The notes below the pieces were generated by a model. That model did not search any database, was not told the origin of the DNA, and worked only from the letters and a program-made list of their open reading frames with translations. Source: Pontiella sp. (GTDB lineage Bacteria > Verrucomicrobiota > Kiritimatiellia > Kiritimatiellales > Pontiellaceae). From it: DNA of 64,000 nucleotides. Location of the stretch: positions 32,001-96,000 of the forward strand of contig JBNKHE010000009.1 in the NCBI GenBank assembly GCA_050290185.1, read 5' to 3'. Each line of letters opens with the position of its first letter. Position 1 is the stretch's first letter. Both the position numbers and the translations under genes were made by a program. Positions 47,101-56,162 of this stretch are shown here, piece by piece.

Positions 47101-48850
47101 GACCCAGACCGAGGAAAACATGCGCGCCTATGCGCGTGATATCGGCGTCGACGAAAAGGAGTTCATGGAGGCGTTCGAAGAGGTTCCCCAGATGTCGCGC
47201 GAGCATTTCGAACAGATTTCCGAGGCGTTGCACTCACTCGTAAAGCAACTTTCTACCACCGCATACATGAATATGCAGCAGGCACGTTTCATCGCGGACG
47301 AAAAGAAGCGCACCGACGAGCTCCTTCATCTTTCCACTGCCATCAACCAGTCGGCCGAGACCGTGGTCATTTCCGATGCGAAGGGAATTATCCAGTACGT
47401 CAATCCTGCCTTTGAGAAGACGTCGGGATACACTCGGGATGAGGTGGTTGGCCAGAATCCCCGTATCCTCAAAAGCGAGATCCATAGCGAAGCGTTCTTC
47501 AAGGATATGTGGGGAACCATCTTGGCGGGGCAACCCTGGAATGGGCAGATACACAACCAGCGCAAGGAGGGTTCGCCGTATGTTGTGGACGCAACGATTT
47601 CCCCGATTCTCAGCCAGACCGGTGAAGTAGTCAACTTTGTAGGGGTGATGCGCGATATTACCAAAGAGCTGAGCCTGGAAGAGCAGTTCCGCCATTCCCA
47701 GAAAATGGAAGCCGTCGGTCGTTTGGCCAGCGGGGTGGCGCACGACTTCAACAATATCCTGCAGACTATTCTGGGCTTTTGCGGGGTCCTCCTCTTGGAA
47801 AGCGCTGGGCAGGATGCGCTCCAGCAGGATGTGCTGGAAATTCAAAATGCCGCCAAGCGGGCTGGTGGCCTGACCCGCCAGTTGCTCGCCTTTGGCCGAA
47901 GGCAACCCTTCATGAAGGAGCAGATTGATCTCAATCTGGTTCTTGCTGAGCAGACCAATATGCTGTGCCGCCTGTTGGGTGAAAATTTAAGTCTGGACTT
48001 TGATCCCTCAGAAAAACTCGGATGCGTTAAGGCGGATCGTTCGCAACTGGAGCAGGTCATCATGAATCTGGTGGTGAATGCGCGCGATGCGATGCCCCAT
48101 GGGGGAGCGATCAAAATATGTACAGATAACGTTATCTTCAATGAAGATGAGATCATGATCCAGACTAGCAACAGGGAGTTCGTCTGCCTGTCTGTGACGG
48201 ATACAGGTATGGGGATGAATGAAGAAGTTCTTGATCATATATTTGAACCCTTTTTCACCACCAAGCCCGTTGGGGAGGGCACCGGACTCGGGCTCTCCGT
48301 GATTTATGGCATCGTTGATCAGCATGGAGGATGGATTGAGGTCAAAAGCAAGCCGGGAGAGGGGACGACGTTCAAGGTTTACCTGCCGAGATCTATCGGC
48401 GAGAAGGGGCACGTCCAGCCAACCGACGATCAGTCATACATCTTATCCCAATCCTATGGGAATAGGCAGAAATCAATTTTGCTGGTGGAAGATGATCCTC
48501 AGGTCCGCAGGTTGGCCTCGTTGGTGTTGGCCGAAGCAGGATACGCGGTCAAAGATGCAGATAGCGCAGAAGCGGCAGCAGTTGCTTTTGAAAAAGATGG
48601 CGGCCGTTTCGACCTACTCTTGATAGACGCGGTTTTACCGGACCTGGCCGGTACCGACCTGGCCGATGAGTTGAACAGCCAAAAGGCCGGAATCCCCGTG
48701 ATCATTTTTAGCGGGTATGCCGATGAGCGCATCCGGATGGGCCTCATAGAGGAAAGGGGCTATAATTTCCTGAGAAAACCCTTCAGCACGGAATCCCTTC
48801 TGAATATAGTTCAGTCAGTACTGAGTCGAAGGGCAATAAGATATCGTTGA
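44177..48850 (+). CDS. Membrane-anchored multi-PAS plus PocR-domain hybrid histidine kinase
   Basis: Two N-terminal TM helices (W...SD...QT.KG), about seven PAS/PAC modules, a PocR-like domain (IQ..F..AT, C...D, C..GL.D, WLIGQV), GVAHDFNN and a receiver. Confidence 0.92.
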   Translation: MKKMSFRLFGLPAAGTLALGYLIIGIIWISWSDKALRGLVPDPYLQDVFQTYKGWFYVFATALLLYVALKRVFGRVRKAQEQKAESEERFRILFEQAEDGIMLIGLNACIIDCNPAICRIFGVASKADVIGRSVLDFSPERQKGGRLSVDIVAELTDAFGAGKPQRFYWQHVQPSGAAVDVEVSVSVMKMGGGTQLQAIVRDITELTQAQDEVARERHRLKFIFDSLPIGICLNRMHPDGRETRLINDAHLRMAGIHREQDEPTTWFNISHPDDRSRHRALTEQIEKGEINRFTMDKRYVRTDGQIVWVMFCLQRRKMDDGGFEDLTAVVDITERKHTEKLLFRREQEFRALVENSQYLIARYNRDCQRIYVNPAYLEMAQMPRDQWIGTAPEFRSPLSPADAAVLQGILHRVLDGGAPESVDLPVTKGDNSKCWYHIHVVPEHGPEGGVESALLTAHDITERKRAEERLMESEARFRGLVTQAGDAFFLHDRKGRILDVNPNACSSLGYTREELLSMTVSDIDVMVGVNRSKEQIWDALQPGKPVTFEGLHCRKDGSTFPVEVRLGMLELGNDKCLLGLARDITDRKQAEESIHKAALRLNEAQRIAHVGNWELDLANNVLTWSDEIFRIFEIDSDRFSATYEAFLNAIHPDDREAVRMAYENSLQTKAPYSIEHRLLFSDGRIKYVCEQCETVYEGDKPIRSIGTVQDITERKLTEKEIKQVQEDLQYILNNTHDVIFQIDLKGNYIFSNVAAEHMTGYPLERLLGMNMMELIAPEHQQMVAGRLQKRIAGELDETTYSFEIIHKSGRRVWVELETKGVFSAEGTLQAIQGVARDVTERKRMEDALEKRIVALTRPFDQVDDLVFEDLFDVEEIQRIQDQFAAATNVASGIIRPDGSPITKPTNFTRLCGDVVRKTEAGCANCRKSDLFLGRYHPEGPVVQPCLSGGLWDAGVSIVVGGKHVASWLIGQVRDETQTEENMRAYARDIGVDEKEFMEAFEEVPQMSREHFEQISEALHSLVKQLSTTAYMNMQQARFIADEKKRTDELLHLSTAINQSAETVVISDAKGIIQYVNPAFEKTSGYTRDEVVGQNPRILKSEIHSEAFFKDMWGTILAGQPWNGQIHNQRKEGSPYVVDATISPILSQTGEVVNFVGVMRDITKELSLEEQFRHSQKMEAVGRLASGVAHDFNNILQTILGFCGVLLLESAGQDALQQDVLEIQNAAKRAGGLTRQLLAFGRRQPFMKEQIDLNLVLAEQTNMLCRLLGENLSLDFDPSEKLGCVKADRSQLEQVIMNLVVNARDAMPHGGAIKICTDNVIFNEDEIMIQTSNREFVCLSVTDTGMGMNEEVLDHIFEPFFTTKPVGEGTGLGLSVIYGIVDQHGGWIEVKSKPGEGTTFKVYLPRSIGEKGHVQPTDDQSYILSQSYGNRQKSILLVEDDPQVRRLASLVLAEAGYAVKDADSAEAAAVAFEKDGGRFDLLLIDAVLPDLAGTDLADELNSQKAGIPVIIFSGYADERIRMGLIEERGYNFLRKPFSTESLLNIVQSVLSRRAIRYR

Positions 48851-48880
48851 TTATATGAACAATCGAATTTGGGAGCTATC

Positions 48881-49249
48881 ATGGCACGTATTTTACTGAT
48901 TGATGATGACCCGTCCATACGGGCGATATTTAAACGCTATCTCGAAGCGCATGGCTATGAGGTCGATGAAGCGGCTGATGGGAATGCGGGGTTGTCGAGC
49001 ATAGCGGGCTGTGCGCCTGACCTGGTTGTCACCGATGTCATGATGCCGGAAAAAGATGGTTTGGAAGTGGTGATGGAATTGCGGAAAAGCAATCCCGATT
49101 TGCCGGTCATTGCCATATCCGGCGGAATGCGGATTGCTCCCATGGATTTTCTTCCGACCATCAAAAAGTTCGGTGCCTGCAAAGTCTTCTACAAGCCGGT
49201 TGAGCTTGAAGAATTGCTGGGTGCTATATCCGAACAGCTGGCAACATAA
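48881..49249 (+). CDS. Single-domain response regulator (CheY-like)
   Basis: ILLIDDD, TDVMMP..DG, ISG and KP. Confidence 0.92.
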   Translation: MARILLIDDDPSIRAIFKRYLEAHGYEVDEAADGNAGLSSIAGCAPDLVVTDVMMPEKDGLEVVMELRKSNPDLPVIAISGGMRIAPMDFLPTIKKFGACKVFYKPVELEELLGAISEQLAT

Positions 49250-49267
49250 TGCAATACGTCCTGCTGT

Positions 49268-50746
49268 CTACTGCAGGCGGGCCACTACGCCTTGTTCGCC
49301 GAACATGAATGAAACCTTGATAAAGGCGATCTTCCGGCCGATTTTTTCGCTCTCCGCCTTTCGCGCGGCTTCGACGGCTTCTTCCTTCAATGCCATGTCG
49401 CCTCCACAGGTCTTGATCGCGGCTTCTACTGAGCGGAAGCGGGTCGTCTTGATGATTTCGGCCATTTCAAAGAGGCCCATCAACAGATTGGCGCCATAGC
49501 CGCGGCCGATCGCATCATAGCCCGGCCGGCCGAAGCCGTGGTCCGAGGCCGGCGCATGGTCGGGGCGGAAAACGCCTTGCCAGCCGAGGTCGACGAGAGT
49601 GTGCACGACCTTGGCGAGCTCCTCGCGATGTTCAGCGTGGTGGCCTTCCCGGAAATTCTTTCCGTCGGTTTCGATCGGACGCAGGTGGATGTGCGGGAAT
49701 ATTTCCTCAATAGACATCCCCTTCATGCTGCCGTATTCAGCAATTTCTCGGATAACTGTGGTGATATCGCGGTTTTTCTCCGCGGCCATCAGCGAGCCGA
49801 TGCACATGTTCACGCCGCAACCATGATCGAGCAAAAACTTATAGCCCTGGCTGCCTCCCACGGCGCGTGGCGTGCCTAGGAAGGGAGAGAAGGCCGGGTC
49901 GTCCGCATGGCAGCACAGGCGCACGCCGGCGGCGTTGGCCACCGGGACCACGGCATCGAGGAAGTAGGCGATGTGCTCCTGCAGCTCTTCACGCGACATC
50001 CCTTCATATTTGGAAACGGCGGCCCGGAAATCATCGAGGGTGAAACCTTCCTGAGCGCCCGGAAGGCCGGCCGTGATCATATCAATCAGTTGCTGCTGCC
50101 GTTCCGTGTTGCCGGCCAGATAGCGATCCCAGTATTGCCGGGCGTCCTCAATCTCTTCGGCGGAGAAGGATCCGTCATCGATATAGGACTGTTCATTGTC
50201 GTGGCGCTTAAGGAGGAAAATATCAAAGGCGGCGAAGGCGGCATGGATATATTTCAGGGTCTTGGAGCCGTCCGGCAGCGAGGTGATGCTGGTGCGCGTC
50301 CAGTCAGCCACCAGCATGAAATTGCCCACAACCTTGTTCACCCCGAAGCGGCCCAGATTCTGCAGGCTTTGCTTGTAGTTGTTGATGTGCTGTTCGCGGT
50401 TGGGGCTGCCGTTCTTGATATCTTCGGTGAAGACCAAACTCTCGGCCGTATCCCAAACCAGCCCCGTGCGTTGTCCGTATGTGCTGTACCACTTGTATAA
50501 ATCCATTCCCGTCAAGTCGGCCGGTGCATCGGACTGGGGCAGGAACTCGACCTCGATTTTGCGCCGGGCAATCTCGACTTCCGTCCAGACTTCGCCGGCA
50601 GGAATGTGGTGAAGAGCCGAAATAATGTTTGTAATGCCCGGTGTCTGTTGAATGTTGCGGATTGTGATCGTATCTTCCGGCCCAAACCAGCGCATTCCGG
50701 CACGTACCCGTTCCCGATTCCAGTTCTGGTTGAAAATTTCGCTCAT
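49268..50746 (-). CDS. uxuA: Mannonate dehydratase (divergent, long form)
   Basis: MRWFGP.D, GEVW, NFM...DWTRT, H.DDP, C.GS, HLR, RPDH and PGY..IGR. Confidence 0.85.
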   Translation of the reverse strand: MSEIFNQNWNRERVRAGMRWFGPEDTITIRNIQQTPGITNIISALHHIPAGEVWTEVEIARRKIEVEFLPQSDAPADLTGMDLYKWYSTYGQRTGLVWDTAESLVFTEDIKNGSPNREQHINNYKQSLQNLGRFGVNKVVGNFMLVADWTRTSITSLPDGSKTLKYIHAAFAAFDIFLLKRHDNEQSYIDDGSFSAEEIEDARQYWDRYLAGNTERQQQLIDMITAGLPGAQEGFTLDDFRAAVSKYEGMSREELQEHIAYFLDAVVPVANAAGVRLCCHADDPAFSPFLGTPRAVGGSQGYKFLLDHGCGVNMCIGSLMAAEKNRDITTVIREIAEYGSMKGMSIEEIFPHIHLRPIETDGKNFREGHHAEHREELAKVVHTLVDLGWQGVFRPDHAPASDHGFGRPGYDAIGRGYGANLLMGLFEMAEIIKTTRFRSVEAAIKTCGGDMALKEEAVEAARKAESEKIGRKIAFIKVSFMFGEQGVVARLQ

Positions 50747-50906
50747 ATCACTCCCCCCGGTTGGTTAAAGCGCTGAAATATGGCGAGCTCGCGTTATATA
50801 ATCAATAAATTACTTGATTGGTATTCGAATAAAGTTCAGTTTTCAAACCATTGAGCCGGCGTTGCTTGCCCTCGTGGCCCGCTAGGTTGTAGGAATTGAA
50901 TTTAGT

Positions 50907-52034
50907 GTGCCCTTTTACATTGAACCCACGATTTTAGGTAAGGATAATCCCATTGTGCAAAATGAAACGGCAGTAGAAAAAAAGTATTCTTTGATTGTTC
51001 CCACCAGCATGGGGATTCGGTTGACTCCTGCTGATTCGCAACCGTTCCATTGCAGTGATATGTTCAAGATGCAGGCCACGAGCGCGGAAAGCAACGTAGC
51101 CAGTGTGGCCTCGTATCTGGGAATGCCGGTGAAGGTGCTGACGGCCTTTGTCAAGGGAAGCCCTGTGTCGCACTTTATCAAGGATAATCTCGGAAGCCGC
51201 CGCATGGATTTCGAGGGCCCCGAGTTTGAACAGGGCGACCCGTGGGGCTACCGTCACCAGATCAACATGGCCGACAGCGGCTGGGGTTCGCGTGGTCCGC
51301 GGGTGCAGAACGACCGGGCCGGTGAAGTCGGTCGCGAACTCTGTGTAGAGGATTTTGACCTGGATCGTATCTTTGGACAGGAAGGGGCAACGATCGTGCA
51401 TCTTTCAGGACTGATTGCTGCGCTGTCACCCAAGACCAGCCAATTCTGTCTGGATATCGCGCGCATCGCCAAGGAAAATGGATCGCTTATCTCCTTCGAT
51501 CTCAACCACCGGGCCAGTTTCTGGAAGGGCCGCGAAGAAGAACTTAGCCAAGCGTTTTCCGAAATCGCTTCGCGTAGCGATATCCTGATCGGCAACGAGG
51601 AAGACTTCCAGCTTTGCCTTGGTATCAAGGGACCGGAGGCCGGCGGCAAGGGACTCGATGAAAAGATCGACGGCTTCAAACAAATGATCGGCCGGGTCCA
51701 GACCGCTTATCCCAATGCCCGCTATTTTGCAACCACGCTCCGGGAAGTGGTTTCTGCCAATACCCATCTGTGGGGTGCACTGGTCACGGATGGCAAGGAA
51801 TGGGAGGTCATCCATCCACGTGAAATAGGGGTCTTTGACCGTATCGGTGGTGGCGATGGCTTTGTGGGCGGACTGCTTTATGGGATACTCAGGAATTGGG
51901 ATGTAAAAAGATGCGCACGCTTCGGCTGGGCCAGCGGAGCGCTTGCGGCGACGATGCTGACCGATTATGCCCAGCCGGTGGACGAAGACCAAGTCTGGAG
52001 CATATGGGAAGGCAACGCACGGGTTAAGCGTTAA
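50907..52034 (+). CDS. PfkB-family sugar kinase (KdgK-like)
   Basis: AESNVA, SFDLNHR..FW, GNEEDF and DRIGGGDGF. Start uncertain (50907 or 50955). Confidence 0.88.
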   Translation: MPFYIEPTILGKDNPIVQNETAVEKKYSLIVPTSMGIRLTPADSQPFHCSDMFKMQATSAESNVASVASYLGMPVKVLTAFVKGSPVSHFIKDNLGSRRMDFEGPEFEQGDPWGYRHQINMADSGWGSRGPRVQNDRAGEVGRELCVEDFDLDRIFGQEGATIVHLSGLIAALSPKTSQFCLDIARIAKENGSLISFDLNHRASFWKGREEELSQAFSEIASRSDILIGNEEDFQLCLGIKGPEAGGKGLDEKIDGFKQMIGRVQTAYPNARYFATTLREVVSANTHLWGALVTDGKEWEVIHPREIGVFDRIGGGDGFVGGLLYGILRNWDVKRCARFGWASGALAATMLTDYAQPVDEDQVWSIWEGNARVKR

Positions 52035-52074
52035 TCAACGAGTTGGATATTCAATACAAATATAGAGGTGAAAA

Positions 52075-53526
52075 ATGGCAAAGGCAGATATCGGATTGAT
52101 TGGTTTGGCGGTGATGGGCGAAAACCTCGTCCTCAATATGGAGAGCAAGGGATTCACGGTTGCGGTGTTTAACCGCACGGTGGAAAAGGTCGATAAGTTT
52201 GTTTCCGGGCGCGGTGCCGGAAAGAACTTTATCGGATGCCACAGTATCGAAGAACTGTGCGCCAGTCTGGAGCGTCCGCGCAAGGTAATGATGCTCGTCA
52301 AGGCAGGCCAGGCGGTCGACGACTTCATTGAAAAGACCATCCCGTACCTCGAAGAAGGCGACATTATTATCGACGGCGGCAACAGCCATTTCCCCGACAC
52401 GATCCGTCGTGCCCAATACGTCGAAAGCAAGGGCATGCTCTATATCGGAACCGGTGTCTCCGGTGGCGAAGAGGGCGCATTGACCGGCCCCTCCATCATG
52501 CCCGGCGGATCTCCGGCGGCATGGGACGCCGTGAAACCGATCTTTCAGAAGATTTCCGCACACACGGATGCCGGCGAGCCTTGCTGCGAATGGGTCGGCA
52601 AAGACGGCGCCGGCCACTTCGTTAAGATGGTGCACAACGGCATAGAGTATGGCGACATGCAGATGATCTGCGAAACCTACCAGATAATGAAGGAAGGCCT
52701 TGGCCTCTCGAACGCTGAGATGCACGAAGTCTTCGCACAATGGAACGAGGGCGAACTCGATTCCTATCTCATTGAAATCACCCGCGATATTCTCGGCTAC
52801 AAGTCCGAAGACGGCGAAGAGGTGATCGATCAGATTCTCGATACAGCCGGACAAAAGGGTACGGGCAAATGGACGGCCGTTTCTGCGCTGGATCTCGGCC
52901 AGCCCCTGACGCTCATCGGTGAAGCCGTCTTCGCCCGGTGTCTTTCGGCGCTTAAGGATGAACGGGTCGCGGCATCGAAGGTATTGAGCGGTCCAGCCGT
53001 TTCATTTGATGGCGATAAAGCGGCATTGATCGAGGATCTCAAGCAGGCTCTTTATGCGTCGAAGATTGTTTCCTATGCGCAGGGCTACCAGCTCATGCGG
53101 GAAGCGGCCAAGGAATATGACTGGAAGCTCAACAATGGTGAAATCGCGCTGATGTGGCGCGGTGGTTGCATCATCCGCTCGATTTTCCTCGGTAAGATCA
53201 AGAAAGCCTTCGATACCAACCCCGACCTGGTGAACCTGCTGCTCGATCCATTCTTCAAGAATGCAGTTGAGAATGCACAGGCGTCCTGGCGTCGCGTTAT
53301 TATGAAATCGGTTGAGCTGGGTATTCCGATGCCGACGATCAGCGCGGCTTTGGCCTATTACGACGGCTACCGCGCCGCCCGCTTGCCGGCCAACCTACTG
53401 CAGGCGCAGCGTGATTATTTCGGTGCGCATACCTACGAGCGTCTCGATAAGCCGCGCGGCGAGTTTTTCCACACCAATTGGACGGGTCGCGGTGGAAATA
53501 CTTCCGCTTCCACCTACATTGTTTAA
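52075..53526 (+). CDS. gnd: 6-phosphogluconate dehydrogenase, decarboxylating
   Basis: [29 protein letters not shown] and [10 protein letters not shown]. Confidence 0.97.
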   Translation: MAKADIGLIGLAVMGENLVLNMESKGFTVAVFNRTVEKVDKFVSGRGAGKNFIGCHSIEELCASLERPRKVMMLVKAGQAVDDFIEKTIPYLEEGDIIIDGGNSHFPDTIRRAQYVESKGMLYIGTGVSGGEEGALTGPSIMPGGSPAAWDAVKPIFQKISAHTDAGEPCCEWVGKDGAGHFVKMVHNGIEYGDMQMICETYQIMKEGLGLSNAEMHEVFAQWNEGELDSYLIEITRDILGYKSEDGEEVIDQILDTAGQKGTGKWTAVSALDLGQPLTLIGEAVFARCLSALKDERVAASKVLSGPAVSFDGDKAALIEDLKQALYASKIVSYAQGYQLMREAAKEYDWKLNNGEIALMWRGGCIIRSIFLGKIKKAFDTNPDLVNLLLDPFFKNAVENAQASWRRVIMKSVELGIPMPTISAALAYYDGYRAARLPANLLQAQRDYFGAHTYERLDKPRGEFFHTNWTGRGGNTSASTYIV

Positions 53527-53545
53527 TTCAATATCGTCCGCCTTC

Positions 53546-53577
53546 CTCGTTATCGACCCCAATGGGTCGATAACGAG
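53546..53577. repeat. Perfect 14-bp hairpin between gnd and the LarA-like gene, within a CTCG/CGAG-rich repeat
   Basis: CTCGTTATCGACCC-CAAT-GGGTCGATAACGAG; no U-tract. Confidence 0.7.
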
Positions 53578-53601
53578 TGCGGGGACGAGTGCGAAGACGA
53601 G

Positions 53602-54888
53602 ATGATGATCAGTAGATTTGGCGAACAGATTTCCATTTCCGCAGACGAGTTGAAAGAACTCGTTATGCAGGTGCTGGCGCAGGCAGGTGAACTGAAGCGC
53701 GTACTGGTACTGCCGCCGGACCACACCCGCCTCAATTCAATGGCGGGGCCGATCACGGCCATGGTCTATGAAAAGCTGACCGCCGACGGAGTTGAGGTCG
53801 ATGTCTTGCCGACATTGGGTACCCATAACCCGATGACGGAGGCCCAACTGCGAATGATGTTCGGCGACTCGATTCCGCTTGACGTTTTCAAGGTGCACGA
53901 CTGGCGTAACGGAATCGTTCGCAAGGGCGTTGTTGAAGGCGAGATACTTGCCGAGCTTTCGGGAGGCAAGCTCGACTACTCGGTCGGAGTCGAAGTCAAT
54001 CAGATGCTGTTTGCCGACTATGATTTGATTCTTTCGGTGGGGCAGGTGGTTCCGCACGAAGTGGTAGGCATGGCCAACTACACGAAGAACATTGTGGTGG
54101 GTGCCGGCGGTTCGGACATCATCAATAAATCGCATTTTCTTGGTGCGGTGGCGGGCATTGAAAATATTCTCGGTCAAACCGATACGCCGGTGCGCCGGCT
54201 GTTCAATCATGCGGTTGAAACTTATCTTCCCGATTTGCCGATCACCTACATCCTAACAGTGATGGAGCAGGACTACACGACCCGCGAAATGCACATGCGC
54301 GGTTTCTATGCCGGCGAGGATATCTCCGTCTTTGAAGAGGCTTGCAAGCTGGCACGTGCCGTGAATATTACGCTGCTCGACCGCGAGCCGAAGAAGGTTG
54401 TGGTCTATCTCGACCCGCACGAGTTCCAGAGCACATGGCTCGGAAACAAATCGGTTTACCGTACCCGCATGGCGATCGCCGATGACGGAGAGCTGATCGT
54501 GCTGGCCCCTGCACTCAAAGAGTTTGGTGAAGATCCGACTATTGATCGACTAATCCGCAAGTTTGGCTACTGCGGAACCCCGGCCACGCTCAGGTTTGTC
54601 GAGGAAGATGAAGAACTGCGGAGTAATCTCGGTGCGGCGGCCCACCTGATTCATGGATCATCAGAAGGACGCTTCAAGATCACCTATTGCCCCGGTGAAA
54701 ATGGAGTGACGCTCGACGAGGTGCGCTCGGTGGGATTCGAAGCGGCGGCGTATGATGAAATGGCGGCGCGCTACAACCCGGAAACGCTCAAGGACGGCTT
54801 CAATACGATGCCCGATGGTGAGGAAATATTTTATATCAGCAATCCGGCCCTCGGACTTTGGGCCTATCAGGATAAGTTCAGTACATAG
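53602..54888 (+). CDS. Lactate racemase (LarA) superfamily / DUF2088 protein, probable sugar-acid 2-epimerase
   Basis: PDHTR, LGTH.PM, HDW, VPHE..G....K and SH motifs align with the LarA catalytic residues; hexuronate gene context. Confidence 0.8.
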   Translation: MMISRFGEQISISADELKELVMQVLAQAGELKRVLVLPPDHTRLNSMAGPITAMVYEKLTADGVEVDVLPTLGTHNPMTEAQLRMMFGDSIPLDVFKVHDWRNGIVRKGVVEGEILAELSGGKLDYSVGVEVNQMLFADYDLILSVGQVVPHEVVGMANYTKNIVVGAGGSDIINKSHFLGAVAGIENILGQTDTPVRRLFNHAVETYLPDLPITYILTVMEQDYTTREMHMRGFYAGEDISVFEEACKLARAVNITLLDREPKKVVVYLDPHEFQSTWLGNKSVYRTRMAIADDGELIVLAPALKEFGEDPTIDRLIRKFGYCGTPATLRFVEEDEELRSNLGAAAHLIHGSSEGRFKITYCPGENGVTLDEVRSVGFEAAAYDEMAARYNPETLKDGFNTMPDGEEIFYISNPALGLWAYQDKFST

Positions 54889-54897
54889 GAGAACCAC

Positions 54898-56142
54898 ATG
54901 GCGATTGATCCAAAATATACATTGGGATGCGGGGACCGCTTCGGCCGTCAGGGTGAGGCACAGTTGAAAGCCTATATCGAAGCCGGTAAACGTGGGATCA
55001 TGGTCTGTCCGGTCTGGAATAAATCGCATCGTGAACACATGACGGTTCACACCGCCCCGCAATCAGTGCGGGCCAAAGCCGATGCCGCCGTCAAAGCGTT
55101 GGCATGGGAGCAGGATTACTATGTGGATGCGGACCATATTTCATTGAAGAATGTCGATGGGTTCATCAATGCATCGGACTTCTTTACGCTGGATGTAGCG
55201 GATTACATCGGGGAGGCTGCTGATCCCGGTTCCATTGAAGATTTTGTTGTGGCCATGACCGATCTGGTGGGTGAGATCAGGCTGCCGGGCGTGAATGAGC
55301 CGCTGCAGGTTTCTTCCGGGGATATCCGCACGATTGCGGAAAAATATCTTTTTGCGGTGCAGGAAGCCGGGCGCATTTACCGTCATATCGAAGAGAATAA
55401 AGACGGAAAATTTGAGGTGGAGGTTTCCATGGATGAAACCGATGATCCGCAGAGTCCGGTTGAAATGCTCTTCATTCTGTCGATGATTGCCCGCGAAGGG
55501 ATTCCGCTCGATACAATCGCCCCGAAGTTCAGCGGACGGTTCAACAAGGGCGTCGACTATGTTGGTGATGTTGACCAGTTTGAAAAGGAATTCGAACAGG
55601 ATGTGGCGGCTTTGAAATTCGCTTCCGAAAAATTTGGATTGAAAGATAGCCTGCGCCTGAGCGTGCATTCCGGAAGCGACAAATTTTCGATCTATGCACC
55701 GATGAACCGTGTGATCAAGAGGTTTGGTGTAGGCCTGCACGTTAAGACGGCTGGTACCACCTGGCTCGAGGAGATGATCGGTCTGGCCGAAGCCGGCGGT
55801 GAAGGTCTGAATGTGGCGAAAAAAATCTATGCAGGAGCCCTCAACCGTTATGATGAACTGGCTGCTCCCTATGCCACCGTCATCGATATCGATCCCGATC
55901 AGCTTCCTTCGATTGAAACGGTCGAAGGTTGGGACAGCGCCGCTTTCGCCAATGCCCTGCGCCATGAACTGGACTGCCCGGAATACAACCCGAGCTTCCG
56001 CCAGCTGATCCACGTCGCCTACAAGGTGGCCTATGAGTTGGGTGACGAGTATTATAAGGCGCTGGAGGATTTTTCGGAAATCATCGGGCGCAACGTCAAG
56101 AGAAACCTCCTCCACCGCCACATCATCCCTGTTTTTGGATAA
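54898..56142 (+). CDS. uxaE: Tagaturonate/fructuronate epimerase
   Basis: G.GDRFG, DADH, FTLD, EVSMDET, APKF.G.F.KGVDY, SVHSGSDKF and HVKTAGT.WLE. Confidence 0.9.
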   Translation: MAIDPKYTLGCGDRFGRQGEAQLKAYIEAGKRGIMVCPVWNKSHREHMTVHTAPQSVRAKADAAVKALAWEQDYYVDADHISLKNVDGFINASDFFTLDVADYIGEAADPGSIEDFVVAMTDLVGEIRLPGVNEPLQVSSGDIRTIAEKYLFAVQEAGRIYRHIEENKDGKFEVEVSMDETDDPQSPVEMLFILSMIAREGIPLDTIAPKFSGRFNKGVDYVGDVDQFEKEFEQDVAALKFASEKFGLKDSLRLSVHSGSDKFSIYAPMNRVIKRFGVGLHVKTAGTTWLEEMIGLAEAGGEGLNVAKKIYAGALNRYDELAAPYATVIDIDPDQLPSIETVEGWDSAAFANALRHELDCPEYNPSFRQLIHVAYKVAYELGDEYYKALEDFSEIIGRNVKRNLLHRHIIPVFG

Positions 56143-56162
56143 GCAATAAACGAGAGTTTGTA

